Of a stretch of 50,200 nucleotides of DNA, positions 25,000 to 33,729 are shown one piece after another. The DNA comes from a virus (taxonomy: Duplodnaviria; Heunggongvirae; Uroviricota; Caudoviricetes): the IMG/VR virus record IMGVR_UViG_3300021399_000001, positions 133,905 to 184,104 of that record; one strand, given 5' to 3'. How positions within the stretch are numbered: the first letter of the stretch is position 1; every line of letters starts with the position of its first letter. Under the pieces are notes generated by a model, which saw nothing but the letters and a program-made list of their open reading frames with translations, was not told where the DNA came from and did no database searches. The translations under genes and the position numbers were made by a program.

Positions 25000-26075
25000 T
25001 AGGACTAGTTGATTATGATATATCTAATTTTTCTTCCTCCAAATTTATTATTCCTAATCTTGAAATAATGAAATTAGCAACTTACTACAAAACCGAAGAA
25101 AATCGGTTTTGTAGATTGTTGTCTTTGGATGAAGAAGATTTATCTGGATATGAAAAGATTTATTTTTTTAGTGAAGGACACGCAGTTCCAAAAGTGCCAG
25201 AGCAATTCTTGCGCTCGCCTGTTGTAGAATATGGCGGCACAGCTTTTACAAATGGAAAATATATTCCATTTGAAAATTCGATTATAGATTTTACTATCCC
25301 GCGACCGGCAATCTATAAAGAATATCTTAAAGGAAAATATGATGATGGTATAAAGGCGAAAGTCATAGCTAATGTATTGGATAATAGCTATTATCGTTGT
25401 TATGCAGGCGAAGAAAAATTACCAGTTCCGCCAATTATGTCAAATAAACGATTAATAATGTATGATCGTGAATTTTTCTATCCAAATTGGCGTGACATAT
25501 TAGAAGATATTAGTAATAGAAAGCCATCGTCTATTGTAAGAATACATCCAATTATTTGTAAAAAGTTATCCGAATTTTTTGAAATAAGAAATTATCCAAA
25601 AATGACCCGTTCAAATACCATTATATTTGATTTAGATATACCATTAGATGAAGTATATTACATGACTAATAAATATAAAAATTATTTAAAAGCCGATATT
25701 ACTCCTTATTCTAATGTTTATATACAACTTGGCGGAAATTTCGCTACAAATTTTCAATACTTTCAAGACATGATATATAAAATGAATTTATTGTATTGTC
25801 TTTGGAGTGTTGATATACCAATAAAAATTTTATATGAACCACCGTTTATAGGTTATAAAAATCCATTGGCGAATTTATCTATTCGTATTGAACGATGGGC
25901 GGATTTAACCCGTAAAGATAATTATTCTGTTGTACTTAATGACAGGATAAATACAAAGAAAAAAAATCCTGCGATGGATGAAAGAGAGTTATTATTAAAA
26001 TTTTATCCATCTGCAAAAAGTTTGTTCATGCAATCGCATGAAATGATTATAAAAGGAGGAAGATGGAGAATATGA
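24996..26075 (+). CDS. degenerate radical-SAM-like protein lacking CX3CX2C
   Basis: N-terminal IGLVDYD...PNLEIMKLA...GGTAF resembles a phage-associated radical-SAM family (IGLIDVD..FPNLALMK...GGTG). No cysteine triad. ATGA-coupled to dnaE. Confidence 0.5.
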   Translation: MIGLVDYDISNFSSSKFIIPNLEIMKLATYYKTEENRFCRLLSLDEEDLSGYEKIYFFSEGHAVPKVPEQFLRSPVVEYGGTAFTNGKYIPFENSIIDFTIPRPAIYKEYLKGKYDDGIKAKVIANVLDNSYYRCYAGEEKLPVPPIMSNKRLIMYDREFFYPNWRDILEDISNRKPSSIVRIHPIICKKLSEFFEIRNYPKMTRSNTIIFDLDIPLDEVYYMTNKYKNYLKADITPYSNVYIQLGGNFATNFQYFQDMIYKMNLLYCLWSVDIPIKILYEPPFIGYKNPLANLSIRIERWADLTRKDNYSVVLNDRINTKKKNPAMDERELLLKFYPSAKSLFMQSHEMIIKGGRWRI

Positions 26076-26320
26076 GGATTGATGATATTATTCAAACTCG
26101 TGAACAACTTAATAAAGAATTGAGAATGGCTCTTTCCACTATGGAGAGAAAAGATACCATACAAAAAATAAAGCTTGCTATTATTGATAATCAAAAACAT
26201 TGTCCGCACGCAAGCGCAAAATATAATTGGGAAATTACAAATGATACCTGTCCCTATTGTGGTTTCCATTTTAGCACTGGTGGTATTTGGAGGGAAGATG
26301 AAAATGATAAGAGTTATTAA
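26072..26320 (+). CDS. small Zn-ribbon protein
   Basis: CPH...CPYC. ATGA overlap with upstream gene. Confidence 0.6.
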   Translation: MRIDDIIQTREQLNKELRMALSTMERKDTIQKIKLAIIDNQKHCPHASAKYNWEITNDTCPYCGFHFSTGGIWREDENDKSY

Positions 26321-28631
26321 AAGAAATGGTTCAGAAGTTGATTTTGATAAATCTAAAATTATAAATGCGATTAGAAAGGCTTGGATTCAAGTGTATAATG
26401 ATTCTACGCGCGAGGACCCAGAATATTTTACTATTATAGCAGATAGTATTGAGCGTGTAGCTAATCAAACCTTCACTGATAGTGGGAAATATCTTACTGT
26501 TGAAAATATTCAAGAATTAGTTGAAGACGATTTAGCAGCTTTTGACCGTCTTGTAGAAAAGGCCTACATTCGTTATCGTTATAAGAGAGGCGTAATGCGT
26601 TCTTGCTCTGATGAATTTATCCGTTCCATCAGCGAGAAACTAACTGCTTCTAATGTTCAAAATCAAAATGCTAATGTTGACGAACATTCATTTGGTGGCC
26701 GCGTAGGTGAAGCGTCAGATGAAATGATGAAGCAGTATGCTCTTGACTTTTGTATGTCTGAAATGGCAAAGAACAATCATTTAAATAATGAAATTTATAT
26801 TCATGATTTAAGTGCTTATGCGGTTGGTATGCACAATTGTTTATCTATTCCTTTTGATAAGTTATTAGCAGAAGGTTTCAATACTAGACAGACGGATGTG
26901 CGGCCGGCTAATTCCATTAATACTGCTTTCCAGCTTGTTGCTGTTATTTTCCAGCTTCAATCATTGATGCAGTTTGGCGGCGTTTCCGCAACTCATTTAG
27001 ATTGGACTATGGTGCCTTATGTAAGGAAGAGTTTTTGGAAGCATTTTAAAGATGGATTAAAATGGTTTGGAGAGGGCAATGAAAATCTTTATTTCTTAAA
27101 TGTAGATATTTCTAAAATGCCTATTGAGCCTTATCATAATTTAACAGTTGATGAAGGTGTGCTTCCTTTAGTGCAAACAGCAAAAGTAACCAAAGCTTAT
27201 AAATATGCAATGGAAATGACGGAGCGTGAACTTAGTCAAGCAGTAGAAGGAATGTATCATAATCTCAATACACTTCAGTCCCGTAGCGGCAATCAGCTAC
27301 CATTCACTTCAATTAATTATGGAACTTGTATACTACCAGAAGGCCGCATGGTAATTCGTGCGCTACTTGAAGGTTCTATTAAAGGCGTAGGTAAATTACA
27401 TAAAACGCCTATTTTCCCTTGTGGTATTTTTCAATTAGGTAAAGGTATCAATCGTGAACCTGGCGATCCAAATTATGACTTATATCAATTAGCTTTGGAG
27501 TCAACAGCGCAGCGTATTTATCCTAATTACGCAAACATTGATTGGTCTGGTAATGCCGGATATGATAAGAATGACCCAAAAACTTATTTTTCTACAATGG
27601 GCTGCCGTACAGCAAATGGTGCTGACATTAATGCTGAAGAAGGCACTAATCCTCAGACTAAGGATGGACGCGGAAATATCTGTCCCGTAACCATTATTAT
27701 GCCGACTCTTGCTATGGAAGCAAAAGAGGCATATAAAAAAATAAATATTGATTTTAATAGAAATAATATTACAGTAGCTGATAGTTGCGCACTTGGTTGT
27801 CGATCGGTTGAAGGAACTTTTTTAAATTTACTTGATAGAAAAATTCACGAAGCCAAAGATATGCTATTAGAACGCTTTGAATGGATTTGCGGCCAAAGCC
27901 CTGCATCTGCCAAGTTTATGTATGAGAATGGAACAATGCTTGGTTATCATCCAGAAGAAGGTATTCGTTCTGCTTTAAAACATGGAACAATTGTAATCGG
28001 GCAGCTTGGCCTAGCAGAAACTCTTCAAATTTTAATTGGCTGTGACCATACAACAGAAAAAGGTATGGAACTAGCAAAGCGCATTGAACAGCTATTTAAA
28101 GACAGATGTGCTGAATTTAAGAAAGAGTATAAGTTAAACTTCGGTGTATATTATACTCCTGCTGAAAATCTCTGCTACACCGCTATGAAGAAATTCCAAA
28201 AAAAATATGGCGAAATTAAAAATGTAAGCGACCACGAATATTTCACCAATAGTATTCATGTTCCTGTATGGCATGATATTTCTGTATTTGATAAAATTGA
28301 TATTGAAAGCCAGCTTACAGGGTATTCTAGTGCTGGATGTATTACTTATGTAGAATTACCTTCTGGTGTAAAGAATAATCTTGAAGCACTTGAAACTATT
28401 GTTAATTATGCGATGGATCACGACATTCCATATTTCGCTGTAAATGTACCTCTTGATACATGTATGGACTGCGGCTATGCCGATGAAATTAATGATACCT
28501 GCCCACAATGCGGTAGCCATAATATTCAGCATTTACGTCGCGTAACGGGTTATTTGACAGGCGATTATAAAACCGCCTTTAATTGGGGCAAACAAAAAGA
28601 AACAGAAGCGCGTGTAAAGCACGCTCATTAA
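26304..28631 (+). CDS. nrdD: anaerobic (class III) ribonucleoside-triphosphate reductase with ATP cone
   Basis: ATP cone VIKRNG..V.FDKSKI, IYIHDL, MHNC, MGCRT, Zn ribbon CMDC...CPQC, glycyl-radical loop RRVTGYL. Confidence 0.96.
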   Translation: MIRVIKRNGSEVDFDKSKIINAIRKAWIQVYNDSTREDPEYFTIIADSIERVANQTFTDSGKYLTVENIQELVEDDLAAFDRLVEKAYIRYRYKRGVMRSCSDEFIRSISEKLTASNVQNQNANVDEHSFGGRVGEASDEMMKQYALDFCMSEMAKNNHLNNEIYIHDLSAYAVGMHNCLSIPFDKLLAEGFNTRQTDVRPANSINTAFQLVAVIFQLQSLMQFGGVSATHLDWTMVPYVRKSFWKHFKDGLKWFGEGNENLYFLNVDISKMPIEPYHNLTVDEGVLPLVQTAKVTKAYKYAMEMTERELSQAVEGMYHNLNTLQSRSGNQLPFTSINYGTCILPEGRMVIRALLEGSIKGVGKLHKTPIFPCGIFQLGKGINREPGDPNYDLYQLALESTAQRIYPNYANIDWSGNAGYDKNDPKTYFSTMGCRTANGADINAEEGTNPQTKDGRGNICPVTIIMPTLAMEAKEAYKKINIDFNRNNITVADSCALGCRSVEGTFLNLLDRKIHEAKDMLLERFEWICGQSPASAKFMYENGTMLGYHPEEGIRSALKHGTIVIGQLGLAETLQILIGCDHTTEKGMELAKRIEQLFKDRCAEFKKEYKLNFGVYYTPAENLCYTAMKKFQKKYGEIKNVSDHEYFTNSIHVPVWHDISVFDKIDIESQLTGYSSAGCITYVELPSGVKNNLEALETIVNYAMDHDIPYFAVNVPLDTCMDCGYADEINDTCPQCGSHNIQHLRRVTGYLTGDYKTAFNWGKQKETEARVKHAH

Positions 28632-28655
28632 AATAAAATTATATGAGGTTGCAAT

Positions 28656-28856
28656 ATGAGTAAACGAAAATTAAGAAAGAAAATTGCCAAACAAGTTGCA
28701 GATAAAATGATGTATATGAATACTTGTCCAAACGAAAGAGATATTATTCTTAATATTATTTTATCTAAAGAAGATACTTTTAAATGGCATATACATTGTA
28801 ATGAGTGTAATAATAAAAATTGTGCCTCATATGCTGGAGAAGATAAAAATGAGTAA
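28656..28856 (+). CDS. small Cys-containing hypothetical protein
   Basis: 66-aa ORF with GAGG RBS, between nrdD and nrdG. Confidence 0.55.
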   Translation: MSKRKLRKKIAKQVADKMMYMNTCPNERDIILNIILSKEDTFKWHIHCNECNNKNCASYAGEDKNE

Positions 28857-29334
28857 AATTGCTGGAATCTATTGGGACGATACCGCGGCCGCGCCCGGTA
28901 TCTCCCTCTCAGTATATTTTTCTGGATGCCACTTCCATTGCCCCGGTTGTCATAATCCAGAAGCACAAGATTTTAATTTTGGAGAAGAATTTACTCCAGA
29001 AACAATTCGTGAAATACTTACTAAACTTAAAAAGAATGGCGTAGAGCGTAGACTTTCTATTCTTGGTGGCGAACCTCTATGTCATGAAAATCGTAGAGCA
29101 GTATATGATTTAATTAGTATTTGCCGCAAAGTTTATCCACAAATAAAAATATATATTTGGACTGGATATACTATTGAAGAATTATTTGAAGAAGGAGACG
29201 AAATTATTAATATGATTTTTAAACATACTGATTGTATTATTGATGGTCGTTATGAGCAGGACAAACGCGATATTACCCTCCCTCTTCGTGGTTCTTCTAA
29301 TCAAAGAATTATTTACTTACATGAGCAGGCGTAA
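28849..29334 (+). CDS. nrdG: anaerobic RNR activating enzyme (radical SAM)
   Basis: PGISLSVYFSGCHFHCPGCHN, ILGGEP, IYIWTGY, IIDGRY, RGSSNQR. Confidence 0.95.
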   Translation: MSKIAGIYWDDTAAAPGISLSVYFSGCHFHCPGCHNPEAQDFNFGEEFTPETIREILTKLKKNGVERRLSILGGEPLCHENRRAVYDLISICRKVYPQIKIYIWTGYTIEELFEEGDEIINMIFKHTDCIIDGRYEQDKRDITLPLRGSSNQRIIYLHEQA

Positions 29335-29350
29335 GCCTGCTCTTTTCTTT
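29323..29350 (+). terminator. intrinsic terminator
   Basis: gagcaggc-gtaa-gcctgctc followed by ttttctttt. Confidence 0.85.
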
Positions 29351-29379
29351 TTGACAAATATTTTAATTTATGATATAAT
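29351..29379 (+). promoter_or_regulatory. SigA-type promoter
   Basis: TTGACA, 17 bp spacer, TG-A-TATAAT. Confidence 0.9.
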
Positions 29380-29405
29380 AAAGAAAAAAGAAAGGAATTT
29401 ATTTT

Positions 29406-29684
29406 ATGTGCGAAATTATTCAGTTTCCTATAAATTACACACAATATAAATTTTTATATTTTAAAGGAAAAAGAAAAGAACCAGTTTTTGAAATTTGGTA
29501 TAAAGATTTTATGTCTAATGAAAGTAAAACCATTACAAACTATTTGTTAAATAAATATCAAAAAGAATATTGCGTTTGGCTCAATTCATCAAATGGCGTT
29601 CTAAAAAAGTTTGCTCCTATTCCTAATCCATATCAGCAGCAAAATGATGGATATTACCATGCTTATGTAATATTAACCAATTAA
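29406..29684 (+). CDS. hypothetical protein
   Basis: Has its own promoter and an AAGGA RBS. Confidence 0.7.
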   Translation: MCEIIQFPINYTQYKFLYFKGKRKEPVFEIWYKDFMSNESKTITNYLLNKYQKEYCVWLNSSNGVLKKFAPIPNPYQQQNDGYYHAYVILTN

Positions 29685-29693
29685 GTAGATTAC

Positions 29694-29722
29694 TTGACTT
29701 TTTCAAAAAACCATGATATAAT
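29694..29722 (+). promoter_or_regulatory. SigA-type promoter
   Basis: TTGACT, 17 bp spacer, TG-A-TATAAT. Confidence 0.85.
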
Positions 29723-29755
29723 TAATTGTAAAGTAAAGGAGTGGTTGTGATGTAG

Positions 29756-30769
29756 ATGTTGTATGGAATAATAGGAATACTTACGATTGTAATAATTGTA
29801 TTAGGTGTAAAACTAAAACAAAAAATTTCAATTGACAATAAGCAATTAGAAGTTTATAAGAAAGAAATTTCTGAAGCAGAAGGAAGAGTTGAAAAACTTC
29901 GTTTTCAAAAAGATGAGTTAACAAAAGATATTAAAACACAAACTGATTTAGTCAGTGAATATAATGATAAATTAATTGAAATTCAGAACAAATATAAACG
30001 AGAATTAAATAAGAAAACGGCAGATTTAGATTTATATTTTGAAAACCAAAAACTTACGCGTCAATCAGAAATGGATACAGATTTTGAACGATTATGGCGC
30101 GAAAAAGAAGAAAATCTCAAATCTAAATATGCGCAGTTTGAGCGCGAAGAATTAGAACGAGAACATAAATTTTGTCAAGAAACTCAATCAGTAATTGATG
30201 CCGCGCGCGAAAGCCAAGAAAATATTCTAGCAGAGACTCACGCGCAACAAGAACGCTTTGAGGGATTATTACTCCCTTTACGGCAATATGAAATGGAACA
30301 ACAGGAACGCCTATTTTATACAATACAAGTTCCCGATGAATATAAAGAAGATATTAACTTTTTAATTACTACTGTTTCTCAAAAAGTTCAGCATCCTGAT
30401 ATTATAAATAAACTTGTATGGGCTGAATATGTGAAGCCTTATATAGATGGGACTTTTAAGCGGGTTGGCGTTGAAGATAAACCTGGCATTTATAAAATTA
30501 CAAATCTTGATACTGGTAAATGCTATATTGGTAAAAGTACCAATGTTAAGAAACGAATATCTGACCATTTTAAAAGTTCAATAGGTATAAAAACGATTGC
30601 CGATCAAGCCGTTCATCATGAAATATGGAAAACAGGATTTTGGAATTGGACAATTGAAGTAATTATTTATTGTGAAAAAGAACAATTAAATGAATTAGAA
30701 AAATATTATATAGATTTCTTTAAAAGCCAAGAATTTGGATATAATAAAAATGTAGGCGGTGGTGGCTAA
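29756..30769 (+). CDS. membrane-anchored coiled-coil protein with a C-terminal GIY-YIG nuclease domain
   Basis: N-terminal TM LYGIIGILTIVIIVLGV, about 170 aa of E/K/Q-rich coiled coil, then PGIYKITN...CYIGKS..VKKRISDH...LNELEKYYI...GYN. Confidence 0.8.
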   Translation: MLYGIIGILTIVIIVLGVKLKQKISIDNKQLEVYKKEISEAEGRVEKLRFQKDELTKDIKTQTDLVSEYNDKLIEIQNKYKRELNKKTADLDLYFENQKLTRQSEMDTDFERLWREKEENLKSKYAQFEREELEREHKFCQETQSVIDAARESQENILAETHAQQERFEGLLLPLRQYEMEQQERLFYTIQVPDEYKEDINFLITTVSQKVQHPDIINKLVWAEYVKPYIDGTFKRVGVEDKPGIYKITNLDTGKCYIGKSTNVKKRISDHFKSSIGIKTIADQAVHHEIWKTGFWNWTIEVIIYCEKEQLNELEKYYIDFFKSQEFGYNKNVGGGG

Positions 30770-31062
30770 TGGAAATTATTAAATATGAAGGTAATTCAAA
30801 TTATATAATTATTTTATATAAAGAAGAAGAAAAATTATATGTTTTTTATGCGCGCACTGGCTCGTTGGTACTAAATAGCGAAGTTGAAGATGCTAGTTTT
30901 TTAGATGATTATAAAGATCTAAGAACTAGATTTAGTTTCAAAAGAGATTTTACAATTAATATTCCTCTTCTTCAAAGAGGAAATAAAGTATTCTCCATTA
31001 TTCAAGTAGATGGTGAAAAAGCATACGATTTAATTAAAACAGTAGTGGAGGATTTACTATGA
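30769..31062 (+). CDS. hypothetical protein
   Basis: TAATG overlap with upstream gene. Confidence 0.65.
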   Translation: MEIIKYEGNSNYIIILYKEEEKLYVFYARTGSLVLNSEVEDASFLDDYKDLRTRFSFKRDFTINIPLLQRGNKVFSIIQVDGEKAYDLIKTVVEDLL

Positions 31063-31367
31063 ATACAGAAACAAATAAAGAAGTTTTTGTGACTGGATTA
31101 ACTACTGATACAGAAGATCCGATAAATTTAGAAGAAATTGAAACTACCGTAGCACAACAAATGAAAGAAAGAACACAATATCAGCCTAGAAATCGCGCTG
31201 AACGAAGAGCATTAGCAAAAAAACTTGGCAAACGAGGACGCGCTAGCATGGGCTCTATTTCAGAGACAGCTAAAAAGCTTAATTATATAAATCTAATTGA
31301 AAATCTACGAGAACTAAATGAAAAAAAGGAGAATGAAAATTATGAAGATGCTACTAAAGACAGTTGA
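31059..31367 (+). CDS. hypothetical protein
   Basis: ATGA overlap, GGAGG RBS, and the NRAERRA motif common in small phage proteins. Confidence 0.65.
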   Translation: MNTETNKEVFVTGLTTDTEDPINLEEIETTVAQQMKERTQYQPRNRAERRALAKKLGKRGRASMGSISETAKKLNYINLIENLRELNEKKENENYEDATKDS

Positions 31368-31548
31368 TACATTTCGTGTTGAGGACGAAGAAGAAGCTGT
31401 TCGTCTAATTGAAGAATATAAGAATAACCAAAATACTGAAGGTTACTCTCTAACAAAGTCCGGCTATGTTCTAAAGAACAAGAAATCCAAGGGTGAAATT
31501 ATTGATAGTTGGGCTATTGTAACTGTAGAGAGAACTTTCACAGAATAA
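31342..31548 (+). CDS. hypothetical protein
   Basis: GGAG RBS 10 nt upstream. CTA/AAG-biased codons. Confidence 0.65.
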   Translation: MKMLLKTVDTFRVEDEEEAVRLIEEYKNNQNTEGYSLTKSGYVLKNKKSKGEIIDSWAIVTVERTFTE

Positions 31549-31560
31549 GGAGAGAATAAA

Positions 31561-32373
31561 ATGGAAAATGATTTTTCTAATCTAGCAGATATACTTACTA
31601 GCGATGCTAATTTACAACCAGTAATGGATGCCATTGAACAAATTATGGGTATCCCAGAAGAAAACCTAACTGATGAAAATATAGATGTTATTGTTGGAAT
31701 GATTACCGGCGCATTTACTGATAAGATTCGTAACGAGTCTGTTAAAGAGATGCTAAAAAACTTTGATGAAGAAGGACTTACGCGCTCCGCCGCGAAGGAA
31801 ATGGTTGAATCCTCTAAGATTGCTATTAATGAAGCAATTGATGAACTAAAGGCTTCTGAACGTAAGCGTAAGATTTTTGATGGTATCTTTTCAATTTTTT
31901 ATGATATTTTTGATAAGGCACTAGAACAATATCATAATTATAATATTGTTCTTCCAATTAAGTTAGATGAAGGTGCAATCGTTCCAACTTACGCGCATGA
32001 AACAGACGCTTGCGCAGACCTTTATGCTGCGGATGATATAACTATTCCGGCGCGTACATTTAGTAATATGATTCGTACTGGAGTTCATATCGCTCTTCCA
32101 GAAGGTTGGATGGCTATGATTTTTCCACGTTCTAGTATCGGAGCTAAGACACGACTCCGTTTATCAAACAGTGTAGGTATTATTGACAGTGAGTATCGCG
32201 GCCAGTTGGGCGTATTATATGACAATCTTTCTGATTCTGATTATGAAATTAAAGCTGGAGACCGTGTGGCTCAAATATTAGTTATGCCTTCTTATAAGTT
32301 CAAGGCTGATGTAGTTGATATTCTACCTGCTAGTGATCGTGGAGAGGGCGGGTTTGGTTCCACCGGTAAATAA
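31561..32373 (+). CDS. dut: trimeric dUTPase with a ~125-aa N-terminal extension
   Basis: ACADL, RSSIG, GIIDSEYRG, GDRVAQ, RGEGGFGSTG (motifs I-V). Confidence 0.93.
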   Translation: MENDFSNLADILTSDANLQPVMDAIEQIMGIPEENLTDENIDVIVGMITGAFTDKIRNESVKEMLKNFDEEGLTRSAAKEMVESSKIAINEAIDELKASERKRKIFDGIFSIFYDIFDKALEQYHNYNIVLPIKLDEGAIVPTYAHETDACADLYAADDITIPARTFSNMIRTGVHIALPEGWMAMIFPRSSIGAKTRLRLSNSVGIIDSEYRGQLGVLYDNLSDSDYEIKAGDRVAQILVMPSYKFKADVVDILPASDRGEGGFGSTGK

Positions 32374-32376
32374 TTT

Positions 32377-33120
32377 ATGGCAATAAATGTCTATTCAGTT
32401 TCCAATCATCTTGAAGAAGAAGGCTGGAAACTGATTAGCACTTCTTATAAAAACTTAAATACAGAATTAGAAATGAGGTGTCCAGAAGGTCACACGCAAT
32501 TTATTAGTTATGGGCAATGGAGAAAGCATCCTGTCTGTGAAGAGTGTCTCGCGGGTGACCCATACAAAGTAAAAAAAAATAAAGTGCCAATCAAGAAGAT
32601 TGACACATATCGTATTCTTGCGCTTGATGCCGCAACAAAAATTAGTGGTTATTCCATCTATGATAATGGAACATTAGTAAGTTATGGAACTTACCACGCT
32701 GATGAAAACAAAGACGCAACCGATCGCATTAATGAAATTAAACATTGGCTTGAAGCCGCGCTAGAAGCATGGGAACCTGATTTTGTAGGAGTAGAAAATA
32801 TACAACTCCAATCCTTTGGTAGCAATGGAAAATACCAGGTTGAAATGTACCGCGTACTCGCTAATTTACAAGGAGTAATTTTAGATACTTTATTTGAAAA
32901 AGGTATCGAGCACGATTTATGCTATTCAAGTGAATGGCGCAAATATTGCGGCGTCGGCGATGGGAAAGGCCGCGAAAATAAAAAACGTCAGGCGCAAGAC
33001 AAGGTTGAATTATGGTACAAACAAAAATGTACACAAGATGAAGCAGATGCTATCTGTATCGGCAAATATTTTTGTAATTATGTTAAATCCAAGCAATCTA
33101 CTTGGGGTGAAGATATATGA
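32377..33120 (+). CDS. ruvC: RuvC-like Holliday junction resolvase with an N-terminal Zn-binding domain
   Basis: ILALDAATKISGY, VGVENI, DEADAICIG. N-terminal CPEGH...CEEC. Confidence 0.8.
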   Translation: MAINVYSVSNHLEEEGWKLISTSYKNLNTELEMRCPEGHTQFISYGQWRKHPVCEECLAGDPYKVKKNKVPIKKIDTYRILALDAATKISGYSIYDNGTLVSYGTYHADENKDATDRINEIKHWLEAALEAWEPDFVGVENIQLQSFGSNGKYQVEMYRVLANLQGVILDTLFEKGIEHDLCYSSEWRKYCGVGDGKGRENKKRQAQDKVELWYKQKCTQDEADAICIGKYFCNYVKSKQSTWGEDI

Positions 33121-33497
33121 TTAAAGTTAGTTTAAGCGACATAATTAACAGCGCTTCTACTTTTAGAGAATTAAGTGAAAAACAACTCCCCATAAGAGCT
33201 GCTTTTAGAATTGCCCGCTTAATAAGGGAGTTAGATAAAGAAAATGCTACTTTTGAAAGTTCAAGAAGAGCTATTATTGAAAAATATGCTATGCGTGATG
33301 AAACTGGAAAAGTAGCACAAGCTGATAATGGTAATATAATTTTACAGCAAGATAAAATTGAAGATTGTAATAACGAATTAAACGAGTTATTTTCTACAGA
33401 AGTAGAGATTAATGCTGATAAAATTAGTATTGAAGATTTAGAAAAAATTGAAATGACGCCTGCACAAGTATATAATATTGAAGCGTTTATTGAATAA
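33117..33497 (+). CDS. DUF1617-like protein
   Basis: L.EKQLPIRAAFRIAR...LDKE..TFE..R..IIEKYA.RDE.G pattern (recalled by eye). Confidence 0.5.
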   Translation: MIKVSLSDIINSASTFRELSEKQLPIRAAFRIARLIRELDKENATFESSRRAIIEKYAMRDETGKVAQADNGNIILQQDKIEDCNNELNELFSTEVEINADKISIEDLEKIEMTPAQVYNIEAFIE

Positions 33498-33531
33498 AAA
33501 GAAAAGAGCCCCTCTTACGAGGGGCTTTTAT
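33498..33531. terminator. bidirectional intrinsic terminator between the convergent modules
   Basis: A-rich run, agcccctc-ttac-gaggggct stem (33507-33526), then ttttattta. Confidence 0.85.
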
Positions 33532-33729
33532 TTATTCTGGAATACTTTCGGTCGCGTAATCTAAAATATCATTTGCTTTATTTTTAATTTCTGAATTTGT
33601 AATTACACGATCAAAACGTTGATTATCTTTAATAATTCTTCCGGTTGTTTCGTCTACTTCGCTATAAGTAGCAGACATACGCATTCCTACTGCGTCATTA
33701 AAAAAAGTTACACTTGTAATAATTTTCAT
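33532..33729 (-). CDS. small tail-region protein
   Basis: 65 aa, RBS GGAGG on the - strand, overlaps the stop of the tail gene. Confidence 0.7.
   Translation of the reverse strand: MKIITSVTFFNDAVGMRMSATYSEVDETTGRIIKDNQRFDRVITNSEIKNKANDILDYATESIPE

Noticed and set aside
26175-26303. N-terminal extension of NrdD in the ORF track (start 26175)
   Set aside because: It overlaps the upstream Zn-ribbon gene. The ATP cone starts at MIRVIKRNG (26304), after a GGAGG RBS.
6814-28631. Inteins or group I introns in gyrB, gyrA, dnaB, dnaE or nrdD
   Set aside because: The ORFs are uninterrupted and of ordinary length, and no C/S...HN-C/S/T intein ends were seen. The dnaE insertion is a short low-complexity loop.
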